A stretch of DNA of 63,810 nt, filler included, from an uncultured bacterium (GTDB lineage Bacteria > CAYJRR01), in the NCBI GenBank assembly GCA_964372275.1. It is 6 parts of 6 records of this genome, joined end to end, with 100 filler letters (N's around TTAATTAATTAA, not from the genome) between each part and the next. Parts side by side here need not be neighbours in the genome. Positions count along the whole stretch, not along the records: positions 45,162 to 56,248 come from CAYJRR010000144.1; positions 56,349 to 63,810 come from CAYJRR010000175.1; 4 more parts are not named here. One strand, given 5' to 3'. The notes below the pieces were generated by a model, which was not told the origin of the DNA, ran no database searches, and saw only the letters and a list, made by a program, of their open reading frames with translations. Shown here in pieces: positions 52,505 through 62,655 of this stretch (the stretch's first letter is position 1; the number at the start of each line of letters is the position of its first letter). Made by a program: the position numbers and the translations under genes.

Positions 52505-53526
52505 CGGCCGAGGCAGTTCGCGGCCTGGGTGGCGCCCGAGGCGAAGGAGTTGTAGGCCTTGTCCGCGGCGCTGTAGACGACCTTGCCCGCCCCGTAGGCG
52601 CGCTTGCCGGCGTCTCCGAACATCCCTTCGGACGCCTTCTCCGCCTGCGTATCGCCGATGCAGGTGAAGTAGTCACGGTTGGCGCGGTTCACGCACTCGT
52701 TGGCGGCGAACAGGTCGGGCTCACGGTCGCAAGCCGCTGCGTCCTTCTTCTGCTTCTCGATGCACTCCGCGTTCTTCTTCCCTTCGTCGGCGGGATCGAG
52801 CAGGTTGTCCTTTACCATCTTGGCCCCTTCGACGGCGGAGTCGGCGGCGTCCCAGAGGAGACCGTCGACGGCGTCGGAGGTCTGGTTCGCCGCCTCCTCG
52901 GTCGCGGCGTCGATGATCTCGTTCCCGACCGCGTCGGTGTTCTGGCTGACGCTCGCCAGGACGCCCGAGCAGTCGCCGGACGAGGAGAGGTCGGTGGACG
53001 GGCCGGACCCTTCCGCGACGCCGACGAACCCGTCGCCGCCGAGCTCCTCGAACAGCTCCTCTTCGCCCTTCTCTTCCCACGAGGCCGCTTCGGTCGCGAC
53101 CGCGGCGACGATCTCTTCCGGCTTCTTGCCGCCGGTGTCGACGTTGAAGACGGTCTTCAGGCGCTCTTCGAACTCGCCGGCCCAGGCCTCGGTCTCGCGG
53201 GCTTTCGACGGCGCGGAGAAGGAGCTGCCGGTGGAGTCGAGCGAAGAGGTGAGGCCCGGATCGTCGAAGCCGGAGCACGGGCTGACATAGGAGCCGCTGC
53301 AGTACTGCGCCGACGCGATGGCGGACAAGATCTGGTTGCGCACCGCATCGCAGTCGATCCGCGTCGGAAGGCCCTGGATCGGGATCGCGCCGCTGCTCGC
53401 CGAGTAGCCCTCGACGGTGCAGGTCACCGTGACGGTCAGGCCCCACCCGGCGATCGCGGGCGTTGGCAGCGCCAACAGAAGAACGCCCCACCAGGCGCTG
53501 GGGCGCCCGGATCCGGTCGCGCGCAT
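52501..53526 (-). CDS. Exported Cys-rich acidic hypothetical protein
   Basis: GAAGGGGGAG RBS, signal ending AIA, 10 Cys in the mature chain. Confidence 0.72.
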   Translation of the reverse strand: MRATGSGRPSAWWGVLLLALPTPAIAGWGLTVTVTCTVEGYSASSGAIPIQGLPTRIDCDAVRNQILSAIASAQYCSGSYVSPCSGFDDPGLTSSLDSTGSSFSAPSKARETEAWAGEFEERLKTVFNVDTGGKKPEEIVAAVATEAASWEEKGEEELFEELGGDGFVGVAEGSGPSTDLSSSGDCSGVLASVSQNTDAVGNEIIDAATEEAANQTSDAVDGLLWDAADSAVEGAKMVKDNLLDPADEGKKNAECIEKQKKDAAACDREPDLFAANECVNRANRDYFTCIGDTQAEKASEGMFGDAGKRAYGAGKVVYSAADKAYNSFASGATQAANCLGR

Positions 53527-53584
53527 GCTCTCCCCCTTCAAACGATGCGGCGTTCGCGTGTACAGTCGCTCCGGAGAGGTGGTC

Positions 53585-55585
53585 GTGGCAAGAGGGTTGT
53601 CGCATCGTCGCGCGGCGCGAGCGCTCCGCGTCGCGGTCGCCGTCGCCTCGTTTCCGCTCGTCGCGGGCTGCGGCTTCCTGGTCGAGGTCGCGTTCTTCGA
53701 TCTGTTCGAGGACGACGACGACGGCGGCGGCGGAGACTGTCTGTCCATCTACCAGCCGGGATTCGAGCCGCGCTGCAGCGAGAAGTTGCAGACCACGATG
53801 GTCGTGGGGGAGACGCGACGGCTGTTGGTCGAGGTGTTCGGCTCGAAGACGGAGACGCTGGCCGCCCCCTCGCTTCCCGACGACCTCACCGTTACGTTCG
53901 ATCCGGAGACGATCGGCGGATCGGGCACCTCGGAGATGGAGGTCACCGCGACGGCCGAAATCGAGCCCGGAACGAAGAGCTTCACCGTCTTTGCGGGCGG
54001 ACGGCAGGTCGAGGTGGAGATCGAGGTGTTGAACGCCAACCACTTCGACGACACGATCGAGCTGGCCGCGACGACCGAGGCGGTATACGCGGTCGACTGC
54101 CTCCAGGACCGCGGTCCGCAGCGGGCGCGCCTGCTGGAGATCGATCCGGAGTCGCTCTTGATTCGGCGGACGATCGCCGATCCGGTCGATCCCACTCCGA
54201 CCACCTTCAACTCCCCCTGCCCGGCTTCGGTCGACGTGAAGGACGGCTTCGCGCTGGTCGCGGTCACCGGCCCGGATCGGCTGATCGAGTTCGAGCTCGA
54301 CTCGGCCGTCCCCAGCGTGATCGACGACCTTCCCGGAACCCCATCCCGCGTCCGCTACGATCCCCTGGTCGGCGGGCGCGCGTGGGTCTCGATCCGCGAC
54401 GGACAAAGCGGCGTGCTCCGATACGACCTGAATCAGGAGACCCGGACGCAGGTCATCACCGCAGCCAACGTCGACGACTTCGTCAACGCGACCGTCGGCG
54501 GGGGCGAGCTCTGGCTGCTCCGGAGCGGTACCCAGCTGGAGCGCTATTCGATCGACGGAAGCTTCCTGCAGTCGTTCGGCACGACGCAGCCCTGCACGAC
54601 GATCGGTCCCCAAGGGTCGTTGGGCCCGCGGCTGGCCTACGAGAGCGCGAACGCGCTCGTCACCTCTTCGCTTCATCGCGTGGCGATCGCGGGCGGCGCG
54701 AATACCGACCTGCGGAACGGCCAGTCCGCCGCCGGCTGCAACTATGCGGGCGAAGCGATCGCCGCCGGATCCGGGGAGTGGTTCACCGCTTTCAGCGCCG
54801 GCGACGGCCGCACGGTGCTGGAGCGGGTGCGCTCGAATACGGTGACCGTCGATCCGCTGGCCACGCTCGGCACGACGGCGGTGGCGATCGCGGTCGGGAG
54901 CGCGGGGACGGCGGTCTACGCCATGGGATCGACCGACGACGACGTCTATCGCGTCGCCGTGCCGTCCGGGAGCGTCACCACGATCGTCGCCGGCGCGTGG
55001 GAGAACGTACAAGACGTGGCCTACCGGAAGGGCGGTGACCTGATCGCCGCCGATTTCGGGTCGCCGCCGCTCCTGCGCATCAATGCCACCACCGGCGCGA
55101 CGTCGACCGTCGCGACGGGGTTCAGCTCCGCGGACAGCCTCGCGGTCGGCTCCGCCGGCACGTTTGCCTATGTGTTGGACACGATGTCGGACACGCTCAG
55201 CAAGGTGACGTTGAGCGACGGAACGACGCAGCTGCTCGTCTCGAACCTGGGGGATCCGCAGTTCGTCGTGCTGAACGAAAGCGAAAACCTCGCCTTCGTC
55301 GGCGGCACCGACGGGCTCGACGCCATCGATCTCGGCACGCTCGAGCGATGGCGGGCCCACGACGGTCCGGTCGGCCACCGCGCCACCGCCCGTCCGGACG
55401 GCCGGATCCTCGTCGACGACGGATACTCGCTGTTCGAGATCGAATGGACCGACGGATGGCTCGGCGGCTACTACCCGACGCGCGTTCGGCACCTCGTCGA
55501 ATCGCCCGACGACCACGTCGTCGCGTCCGACAACTCGGTCTTCGTCTCCATCGGGAACGAGGTCGAGGAATGGATGATCCCGTGA
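53585..55585 (+). CDS. Large lipoprotein with Ig-like and beta-propeller-like repeats
   Basis: GGAGAGG RBS, lipobox VAGC, repeated blades (V..V....G..TTI..G). Start is GTG 53579 or 53585. Confidence 0.72.
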   Translation: MARGLSHRRAARALRVAVAVASFPLVAGCGFLVEVAFFDLFEDDDDGGGGDCLSIYQPGFEPRCSEKLQTTMVVGETRRLLVEVFGSKTETLAAPSLPDDLTVTFDPETIGGSGTSEMEVTATAEIEPGTKSFTVFAGGRQVEVEIEVLNANHFDDTIELAATTEAVYAVDCLQDRGPQRARLLEIDPESLLIRRTIADPVDPTPTTFNSPCPASVDVKDGFALVAVTGPDRLIEFELDSAVPSVIDDLPGTPSRVRYDPLVGGRAWVSIRDGQSGVLRYDLNQETRTQVITAANVDDFVNATVGGGELWLLRSGTQLERYSIDGSFLQSFGTTQPCTTIGPQGSLGPRLAYESANALVTSSLHRVAIAGGANTDLRNGQSAAGCNYAGEAIAAGSGEWFTAFSAGDGRTVLERVRSNTVTVDPLATLGTTAVAIAVGSAGTAVYAMGSTDDDVYRVAVPSGSVTTIVAGAWENVQDVAYRKGGDLIAADFGSPPLLRINATTGATSTVATGFSSADSLAVGSAGTFAYVLDTMSDTLSKVTLSDGTTQLLVSNLGDPQFVVLNESENLAFVGGTDGLDAIDLGTLERWRAHDGPVGHRATARPDGRILVDDGYSLFEIEWTDGWLGGYYPTRVRHLVESPDDHVVASDNSVFVSIGNEVEEWMIP

Positions 55586-56248
55586 CGGGTCGAGCGGACG
55601 CGGAGCGGCTCGGTGCGCGCGCACGACGGGGGGCGACGGCGGTCGCCGCCGCGCTGGCGTTGATCTCGTTCGACGCGGGCGCATCGGGGACAAAGGTGCT
55701 GGTGCTGGAGCCGCTTCCGGCGCGCGCTGCCGGCGTGCCGGAGGCGACCCGAAAGCTCCTCGCCGACGAGGCGCGCTCCGCGATCCGGCGGGCCTGGCCC
55801 GACGCGCGCGTCCTGAGCGGGGAGTGGATGGCGCGCGCCTTGGCGGAACAGAAGCTCGATCCGGCGGCGTGCAAAGGGATCGCCTGCGAGCTGGAGATCG
55901 CGGGGAAGATCGGCGGGCAGGTCGTCCTCTCCGGGGCCGCCACCAAGCGCAACGAGGTGTGGGCGGTGGAGTGGATCGCCTACGACGTCTCGTCGAAGAC
56001 GGTGCTCGGGCGCCAGTCGAAATCGGCCGCGTCGTTGACCGCGTTGCCCGGGGCCGCCGCCGGCGCGGCAGGGGGGGCGGTCGGGCCCGCCGTACGGCCG
56101 CCTCTGCCGGGCAGTCCGCTCCCGCTGGAGGTGCGGAGCGAACCTCCCGGCGCGTTGGTCGAGATCGACGGATGGCCGGTGGGGGTCGCGCCGCTGACGA
56201 GCCGGGTGTCGCCGGGAGTGCACCGCGTCGCGGTGAGCCTCCCGGGAC
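55582..56248 (+). CDS. PEGA-domain exported protein (truncated)
   Basis: C...C.LEIAGKIG N-terminal domain, then LEVRSEPPGALVEIDG...G.APL......G.H.V; GTGA overlap. Confidence 0.82.
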
Positions 56249-56348
56249 NNNNNNNNNNNNNNNNNNNNNNNNNNNNNNNNNNNNNNNNNNNNTTAATTAA
56301 TTAANNNNNNNNNNNNNNNNNNNNNNNNNNNNNNNNNNNNNNNNNNNN
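56249..56348. other. Artificial contig-joining spacer
   Basis: N100 with TTAATTAATTAA. Confidence 0.99.
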
Positions 56349-56376
56349 AGCCTTCGGTTCTCTTCCACGTGCGCAT
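56349..56376 (-). CDS. Probable gene start cut by the contig end (MRTWKRTEG...)
   Basis: GAGGGAGAG RBS before ATG 56376 and a sigma54-like site upstream. Confidence 0.45.
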
Positions 56377-56444
56377 GGCGTCTCTCCCTCGTTTGAACGT
56401 GCCGTGAAGTTCGCCGTCTCTCGAGATCGGTCGATCGACGGTTG

Positions 56445-56460
56445 TGCAACGCGGGTGCCC
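56445..56460 (-). promoter_or_regulatory. Sigma54-like promoter
   Basis: Minus strand GGGCACCCGCGTTGCA with correct GG-N10-GC spacing. Confidence 0.5.
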
Positions 56461-56631
56461 GCCGTCACGGTCGGCGCGCGGGGCGGTACGGAACGTCACG
56501 TCCCGAAAGGCCTTCGTTCGTGCCGGAGGCGGCCTCGAAGCCCGTTCCGAAGCGGGTCGGCGGGGATCCGCTGGCCGAATTTCGTCGTTTCGACCGGTCG
56601 CGGAGGGACCAAAAGCGGCGCCGGCGCCGTT

Positions 56632-58956
56632 TCAGGGCGACGGTCGCGTCCGCGCGCGAAGGTCGGCCAGCCGCGCCTCCACCAGGGTGCGGGTCTCGTA
56701 CTCCCCTTCGAACGCGGCGAGGAAGGCCTCGTAGCGCACGATCGCCTCGTCCGGCCGTCCCAACCGCTCCAGCGCCATCGCGGCGTTGATCGCCGGCTTG
56801 TCCCACCCCGGCTCCGCCACGCGCGCCCGCTCGAACGCCGTCAGCGCCGAGTCGACCTCCCCGAGCGTCATGCGATGGCGGCCGAGGTTGAACCAGAGGA
56901 TCGCGTCGTCGGGTCGCTCGCGGATCGCCCGTTCGAGCGCCGCCGCCGCCCCGCGCGCGTCGCCGGCGGCGGCGCGCGCGTCGGCCAGGCCGTTGAGCAG
57001 GTCGACGCGCGTCGGCGCCAGGGCGAGCGCCGCCTCGTAGGCCGTCGCCGCGCCCCGCGGGTCCCCCGCCAACTCCCGCTCCTGCGCCGCGTGGTAGTGG
57101 CGCCGCACGGGGTCGGTCTCCTCGACGATCCGCCGGTCGAGGCGCTCGGCCTGGGCGCGGGCCCAGGCGCTCTTCGCCGGATCGCGGGCGACGTTCCGCG
57201 CCGCCTGCCGGTAGCGCTCTCGCGCCCGGACCGGCTCGTCGAGCAGCTCCTCCAGGGTGGCGAGCGCGACGTGCGCGGTGGCGTGGACCGAATCGGGCTG
57301 GAGCTGCACCGCCCGCTCGAGGTCCGCGGCGAGCTTCCGCAACGTCGCACGCGGAACGGCGAGTCGCCCGTCGGGTCCGCGCGCCCGCCGGATCGTCTCC
57401 TGCAACGCGAGCGTGCGCGACAGCACGATGGCCCGGGCGGCGTACTGCCGCGTTCCGGGGAGGTGGCTGGCGGCGGCGAGGGTCCCGGCCGCGCGTGAAC
57501 GGTCGCCGCGGTCGGCATAATGCTCGGCAAGCCGCACCAACGCCGTCTTGCGGAGGTTTGGATCCCTCGCTTCGCCGAGGTAGGCGGCGATGCGGAGCGA
57601 GTCGAGCGCGCCGTCGAGATCGCCGCGGCGTTCCTGCGCGAGTCCGAGGTTGAGCCTCGCCAGGAGCGAGCGCGGAAGGTCGGCCGACGCACGGCTCCAG
57701 AGCGCGAAGTCGTCGAGCCACGGCGCCAGCCGCCGCTGCACCGAGGTCCCCAGCAGCAGCGAGAGGACGGCGGCGACGGGGAGGAGCACGCGCACCGGAA
57801 GCGCGCGGAGGCGCGAAAGGAACAGGGTGGCGGCGATCCCCACGCAAAGCGACGGCAGGTAGAGGTACCGCAGCGACACCGCGGTGATGCTCCGGGTCAG
57901 ACCGGTCGAGGCGACGAAGGGGGCGATGCCGATCCAGAACCAGACGGCCGGAAACAGCCAGGGCCGGGCCTCGCGCCGGCGGGTCGACGCCACGACGATC
58001 CCGGCCGTCGCGAGGAGCGCGGCGGCCAACAGTGCGAGCGGCCCGGCCCCGTCGGGGGCCGATTCGACGTACGGGGGGGCGTCCCCGAGGAGGAGCAACT
58101 CCCGGACCAGGAAGCCGGCGGCGCGGACGACCGCCATCGGCGTCTGGTGTCCGAGCATCTGCGACGCCTGTCCGGCGATCGAGCCGTCCCCGTGCAGCAC
58201 GGCGCGCCGCCAGGCCGCGTGCGCGAGGTAGGCGAGAAGGTGCGGCAGCCAGAGAGCCGACGCGAACCACGCGCGCGGTCCGAGCCGCACGGCGGCGGGG
58301 ACGAGCGCCGTCGCGGCGGCGGCCAGCGCGGGGAAGACGATCGCCGTCTCCTTGGAACAGAGGGCGAGAAAGAAGAAGAGCGCGGACGGCAGCGCGCTAC
58401 GGCCGCGGTCGCGGGCGCGCAGGTGGAGCACGACGGCGACGGTCAGGAAGAACGTGGCGTGGAGGTCGCCCGCGTTGGAGACCCAACCGATCGCGTCGGC
58501 GCCGGTCGGCCAAAGCCCGAACAGCAGCGCCCCGATCGCCGCGCGTCGCCGGACTTCCGGGGAGTCGGCATCGCCGGCGACGCGGCGGAAGAGGAACCAC
58601 GCGGCGCCGACCGCCGCCAGGTGGACGGCGAGCCCGGCGGCGCGGAAAGCGAACGGACTCCGCCCGAAGCCTCGCACCAGCAGGTACTGGACGAAGGTGA
58701 GCCAAGGCCGGAAGAAGGCGTCGTCGAGGAGGCGGTTGTCGTACCGGAAGAGGAAGTCGGCAGGGGTCGCCCCCGGCTCGGCCCACTTCATCAGGAAGAG
58801 GTTGTGGTCGTCCCAGACGAACTCGCCGCGGAGGGAGGGCAGATACGCCAGCAACGTGGCAAACAGCGCGAACTGGAGCCACGCCTCCCCCGCCAGGCGG
58901 CGAGCGGCGCCTCGCGCAGCGGCGGCAAGTCTGTTGTCGTCGGGACGTGCGGGCAT
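56632..58956 (-). CDS. TMTC-like GT-C membrane glycosyltransferase with C-terminal TPRs
   Basis: Y..SL.GEFVWDD, RP, H, I.WVS, SKETA, RYLYLPS and W.DD..LW motifs, then TPRs; start moved to ATG 58956. Confidence 0.82.
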   Translation of the reverse strand: MPARPDDNRLAAAARGAARRLAGEAWLQFALFATLLAYLPSLRGEFVWDDHNLFLMKWAEPGATPADFLFRYDNRLLDDAFFRPWLTFVQYLLVRGFGRSPFAFRAAGLAVHLAAVGAAWFLFRRVAGDADSPEVRRRAAIGALLFGLWPTGADAIGWVSNAGDLHATFFLTVAVVLHLRARDRGRSALPSALFFFLALCSKETAIVFPALAAAATALVPAAVRLGPRAWFASALWLPHLLAYLAHAAWRRAVLHGDGSIAGQASQMLGHQTPMAVVRAAGFLVRELLLLGDAPPYVESAPDGAGPLALLAAALLATAGIVVASTRRREARPWLFPAVWFWIGIAPFVASTGLTRSITAVSLRYLYLPSLCVGIAATLFLSRLRALPVRVLLPVAAVLSLLLGTSVQRRLAPWLDDFALWSRASADLPRSLLARLNLGLAQERRGDLDGALDSLRIAAYLGEARDPNLRKTALVRLAEHYADRGDRSRAAGTLAAASHLPGTRQYAARAIVLSRTLALQETIRRARGPDGRLAVPRATLRKLAADLERAVQLQPDSVHATAHVALATLEELLDEPVRARERYRQAARNVARDPAKSAWARAQAERLDRRIVEETDPVRRHYHAAQERELAGDPRGAATAYEAALALAPTRVDLLNGLADARAAAGDARGAAAALERAIRERPDDAILWFNLGRHRMTLGEVDSALTAFERARVAEPGWDKPAINAAMALERLGRPDEAIVRYEAFLAAFEGEYETRTLVEARLADLRARTRPSP

Positions 58957-58972
58957 CGGCGGGGAGAACGGC

Positions 58973-59077
<105 letters not shown>

Positions 59078-59138
59078 GTCCACGCGCCGAGCCGGAGCGC
59101 GCCTTGGGTGACGATTCGGTGCTAGGATCCACGCCCCC

Positions 59139-60260
59139 ATGGCAGCCGTTCCCTTGCTCGACCTAAAAGCCCAGTACGAGCCGATCCGGGCCGAGGTCGA
59201 GTCGGCCGTGCTCGAGGTGCTGCGGAGCCAGGTCTTCATCCTCGGGCCCCGCGTCCGGTCGTTCGAGCAGGCGGTCGCGGCCTATCTGCGGCTGCCCGAC
59301 GCGGTCGGGTGCGCCAACGGCAGCGATGCGATCGTGCTTGCGCTGCAGGCCCACGGCCTTCGAGCCGGGGACGAGGTGGTGACGACGCCGTTCACCTTCT
59401 TCGCCACCGCCGGGGCGATCGCGCGGCTCGGATGCCGCCCCGTCTTCGCCGACGTCGAGGCGGCGACGTTCAACCTCGATCCGGCGGCGGCGGTCGCGGC
59501 AATCACGCCGCGCACCCGGGCGATCCTGCCGGTGCACCTGTTCGGCCGGTGCGCCGCCGTCGAGTCCCTCGTCGCGGCGGCCGCCCCCAAGGGGATCCGG
59601 GTGATCGAGGACGCGGCGCAGGCGATCGGCGCCGAACGGAAGGGCCGGCGCGCAGGCGCGCTCGCCGACGGCGCGACCTACTCCTTCTTCCCGTCGAAGA
59701 ACCTGGGCGGCGCCGGCGACGGTGGGCTGGTGGCCGGACCGGACGTCGCCTGGATGGAGAGGGTGCGGCGGCTGCGTGTCCACGGCGGCGCCAAGCAGTA
59801 CGTCCACGACGAGGTCGGGTTCAACAGCCGTCTCGACGAGATCCAGGCAGCGGTGCTCGAGGTCAAGCTCCGGCGGCTCGACGGGTGGACCGGCGGGCGG
59901 CGGCGGAACGCGGCGGCGTATCGCGAGCGCCTGCGTGACGTCGCCGAGATCGCGCTTCCGGGGGACGATCCCGAGGGGCGGCACATCTACAACCAGTTCA
60001 CGATCCTCGCCGACCGGCGCGATGCGTTGCGCGAGCACCTGACCGCGGCCGGAATCGGAACGGCGATCTACTACCCGATCCCGCTCCACCGGCAGCGTTG
60101 CTTCGCCGACCTGGGGTACCGGCAGGGACAGTTTCCGATCGCCGAATCGCACGCGGAACGGGCGCTGAGCCTCCCGATCTACGGCGAGCTGTCCGAGGCG
60201 CAACTCGACCGGGTGGCGGAGGCGGTGCGCTCGTTCTATCGCGGCGGACGCGCGGGCTAG
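59139..60260 (+). CDS. DegT/DnrJ/EryC1/StrS PLP-dependent sugar aminotransferase
   Basis: TPFTFFAT, PVHLFG, EDAAQA, SFFPSKNLG and NSRLD motifs. Confidence 0.96.
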   Translation: MAAVPLLDLKAQYEPIRAEVESAVLEVLRSQVFILGPRVRSFEQAVAAYLRLPDAVGCANGSDAIVLALQAHGLRAGDEVVTTPFTFFATAGAIARLGCRPVFADVEAATFNLDPAAAVAAITPRTRAILPVHLFGRCAAVESLVAAAAPKGIRVIEDAAQAIGAERKGRRAGALADGATYSFFPSKNLGGAGDGGLVAGPDVAWMERVRRLRVHGGAKQYVHDEVGFNSRLDEIQAAVLEVKLRRLDGWTGGRRRNAAAYRERLRDVAEIALPGDDPEGRHIYNQFTILADRRDALREHLTAAGIGTAIYYPIPLHRQRCFADLGYRQGQFPIAESHAERALSLPIYGELSEAQLDRVAEAVRSFYRGGRAG

Positions 60261-60271
60261 GGCGAACGGCG

Positions 60272-61243
60272 ATGGTCCGCGAAGGCCGTCCCGAGCTGTC
60301 GGTCGTGGTGTTGAGCTACGACACGCGCGACGTGACGCTCCGCTGCCTCCGGGAGCTCGACGCCGCCGCGGCGCAGGTCGACCTGCAGACGATCGTCGTC
60401 GACAACGCCTCGAGCGACGGCAGCGCCGACGCCATCGCCGCCGCCTTTCCCCGGGCGCGGTTGATCCGCAACGCCCGGAATCGCGGGTTCGCCGCGGCGG
60501 TGAACCAGGCGATCGCCGTCTCGCGCGCCCCCGCCATCCTGCTGTTGAACAGCGACTGCTTCCTCGGCGAGCCGCGGACGCTGACGAACGCCCTCGACGG
60601 CCTGCGGGCCGATCCGGTGGCGGCCGCGCTCGGGGTCCGGGTGCGGCGCGAGGACGGCTCGCGCTACGACTCGACGCGGCCGTTCCCGACGGTGCGGGGG
60701 TACATCGCCGACGCTCTTCTCGGACCCCGCGACTATCCACCCCAACCGCCCGACGGCGTCTGGCGGGGCCCGGTCGAGGTCGATTGGAACAACGGCGCCT
60801 TCTTCCTCCTCTCGCGCGCGGCGTGGGAGGCGATCGGGCCGCTGGACGAGCGCTTCTTCTTCGGCTGGGAGGACCTCGACTGGTGCTGGCGGGCCCGACG
60901 ACTCGGCTGGCGCATCCTGCACGACCCGCGGCTGACGGTGACCCACCTCGGCGGGGAGAGCGCACGCCGCCGCGGGGACGACGTCGTCGTCGGACCGAAC
61001 CAGATGATGCTCTGGACGAGCCTCACCGGCCGGGAGAAGTTCTGGCGGAAGAACTACGGCGCGCTCGCGACGGCGGCGCTTCGCGTGGCGATGATCGCGA
61101 TGTCGAGCGCGCGCTGGCTGCGATTCCGGGCGGTCGGCCGGCGCGACGCGGCGGCGGTGGAGGCGATCCGGGTGCTCCACGCCCTCGGGAAGCGGAACCC
61201 GCGCGCGCCGGGGGAGAGCCAAAGCGTAGATCGAGCGACCTGA
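60272..61243 (+). CDS. GT2 glycosyltransferase (WbbL-like)
   Basis: VVDNASSDGS, NRGFAAAVN, LLNSD and DERFF..EDLDWC motifs. Confidence 0.92.
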   Translation: MVREGRPELSVVVLSYDTRDVTLRCLRELDAAAAQVDLQTIVVDNASSDGSADAIAAAFPRARLIRNARNRGFAAAVNQAIAVSRAPAILLLNSDCFLGEPRTLTNALDGLRADPVAAALGVRVRREDGSRYDSTRPFPTVRGYIADALLGPRDYPPQPPDGVWRGPVEVDWNNGAFFLLSRAAWEAIGPLDERFFFGWEDLDWCWRARRLGWRILHDPRLTVTHLGGESARRRGDDVVVGPNQMMLWTSLTGREKFWRKNYGALATAALRVAMIAMSSARWLRFRAVGRRDAAAVEAIRVLHALGKRNPRAPGESQSVDRAT

Positions 61244-61286
61244 GTCCGATGGACGTGGCCCCGCGTACCGTGCATGAGAAAGCCGC

Positions 61287-61437
61287 CGCGTCCGGGGTCG
61301 CGGTCGCGGCGGAGGCTGCTCCGGCGGCCGCGTCCGACTCCGAGGGACGACCCCACGGACGAAAGTCTACGCAGAAGGGTCATCCCTCGGCAGCGGACGC
61401 GGGAACAGACTCGGTCGCGACCGCGATCCCGGACGCG
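61287..61437. repeat. Long imperfect hairpin between convergent genes
   Basis: Outer IR 21/22, middle 9/9, inner 13/14, and a central GAC-GAAA-GTC mini-hairpin. Confidence 0.8.
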
Positions 61438-61444
61438 ACGTTCG

Positions 61445-62599
61445 TCAGGGTGACCGGGACCGGTTCCCGCTCGTGACGCGTTCGTAGAGAGCGATCCATT
61501 TTTTCGTGACCGCCGCCAACGACCAATCCCGCTCCACCCGCTCGCGAGCCGCCGCCGCGCGCCGCCGCGCCGACTCGGGGTCCCGCGCGACCTCCAGCAG
61601 CGCCGCCGCGAGCGCGCCGGCGTCTCGCGGCGGGACGAGGAGCGCCTCCTTTCCGCGGGCGACGGTGTCGCCGATGCCGGAGACCTCGGTCGACACGATC
61701 GGCAACCCGAACGCCATCGCCTGCAGCAGCGCCATCGGGATCCCCTCGTAGTCGGAGGAGAGGACGAGAACGTCGGCGGCGGCCATCAGCGCCGGCACGT
61801 CCTCGCGGAAGCCGAGGAGGCGGGCGCTGCCGGCGGGAAGGAAGGCGGCGCGCGCGGCGAGCTCGGATTCAAGCTCTCCGCGGCCGGCGATCGCCAGCAC
61901 GCTCCCGGGGCGCGCCTCCGCGACCGTCCCCCACGCGTCGATCATCCGGTCGAGCCTTTTTTGCGCCGTCAGACGCGCGACCGCGAGCGCGACGAACGCG
62001 CCGTCGCCGATTCCGAGCTCGCGCCGGATCCGACTCCGCGCCCCGAGGGGATCGGCGATCCGCACTTCGGCGGGATCGATGCCGTAGGGGATCACCTCCA
62101 GCCGGGACGGATCGGCGATCCGCAGCGAAGGATCGCGGTAGAACGCGGCGATCGCCGGCGACTGCACCACCACCGCCGCGGCGCGAGCCGTGAGCACGGG
62201 GTGGATCCGCGAAAGGAGCCCCGTCGACCACCACCGGTCCTCGTTGTGCTTGTGGAGCACCAACGCGGCGCGGGTCGTCCCCGATGCCTCGGCCAGGATC
62301 GTCGCGAAGCCGGCGACGATCTCGGCGCGCGAAAGGTGGCCGTGCACCACGTCGTAGCCGCCGCGCCGCACCAGCGCCGCCGTCCGCGCGAGGCCGATCG
62401 GATCCCACCAGCGGCGCGGAATCGGGTGCAGCCCCGCCCCGGCCGCCGCCAACTCCGATGCCAGCTCTCCGCGTCCCAGGTACCAGGCGACGTCGCAGCC
62501 GATCCCCGCGGCGACGAGACCCCGCACCACCGCCAGGAGCTGCCGTTGCGCCCCGCCGATGGCGTCGATCGTGGCGATCGCCTGCAGGATCTTCGGCAT
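61445..62599 (-). CDS. GT4 glycosyltransferase
   Basis: GGAQ, VARL..QK and SDYEGIP..LLQAMA.G motifs; start ATG 62599. Confidence 0.92.
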   Translation of the reverse strand: MPKILQAIATIDAIGGAQRQLLAVVRGLVAAGIGCDVAWYLGRGELASELAAAGAGLHPIPRRWWDPIGLARTAALVRRGGYDVVHGHLSRAEIVAGFATILAEASGTTRAALVLHKHNEDRWWSTGLLSRIHPVLTARAAAVVVQSPAIAAFYRDPSLRIADPSRLEVIPYGIDPAEVRIADPLGARSRIRRELGIGDGAFVALAVARLTAQKRLDRMIDAWGTVAEARPGSVLAIAGRGELESELAARAAFLPAGSARLLGFREDVPALMAAADVLVLSSDYEGIPMALLQAMAFGLPIVSTEVSGIGDTVARGKEALLVPPRDAGALAAALLEVARDPESARRRAAAARERVERDWSLAAVTKKWIALYERVTSGNRSRSP

Positions 62600-62655
62600 C
62601 GGGCGCCGATGATGCAGGCATCCGATGGGCGTGTATACTGCACCGCTTTCCACGC

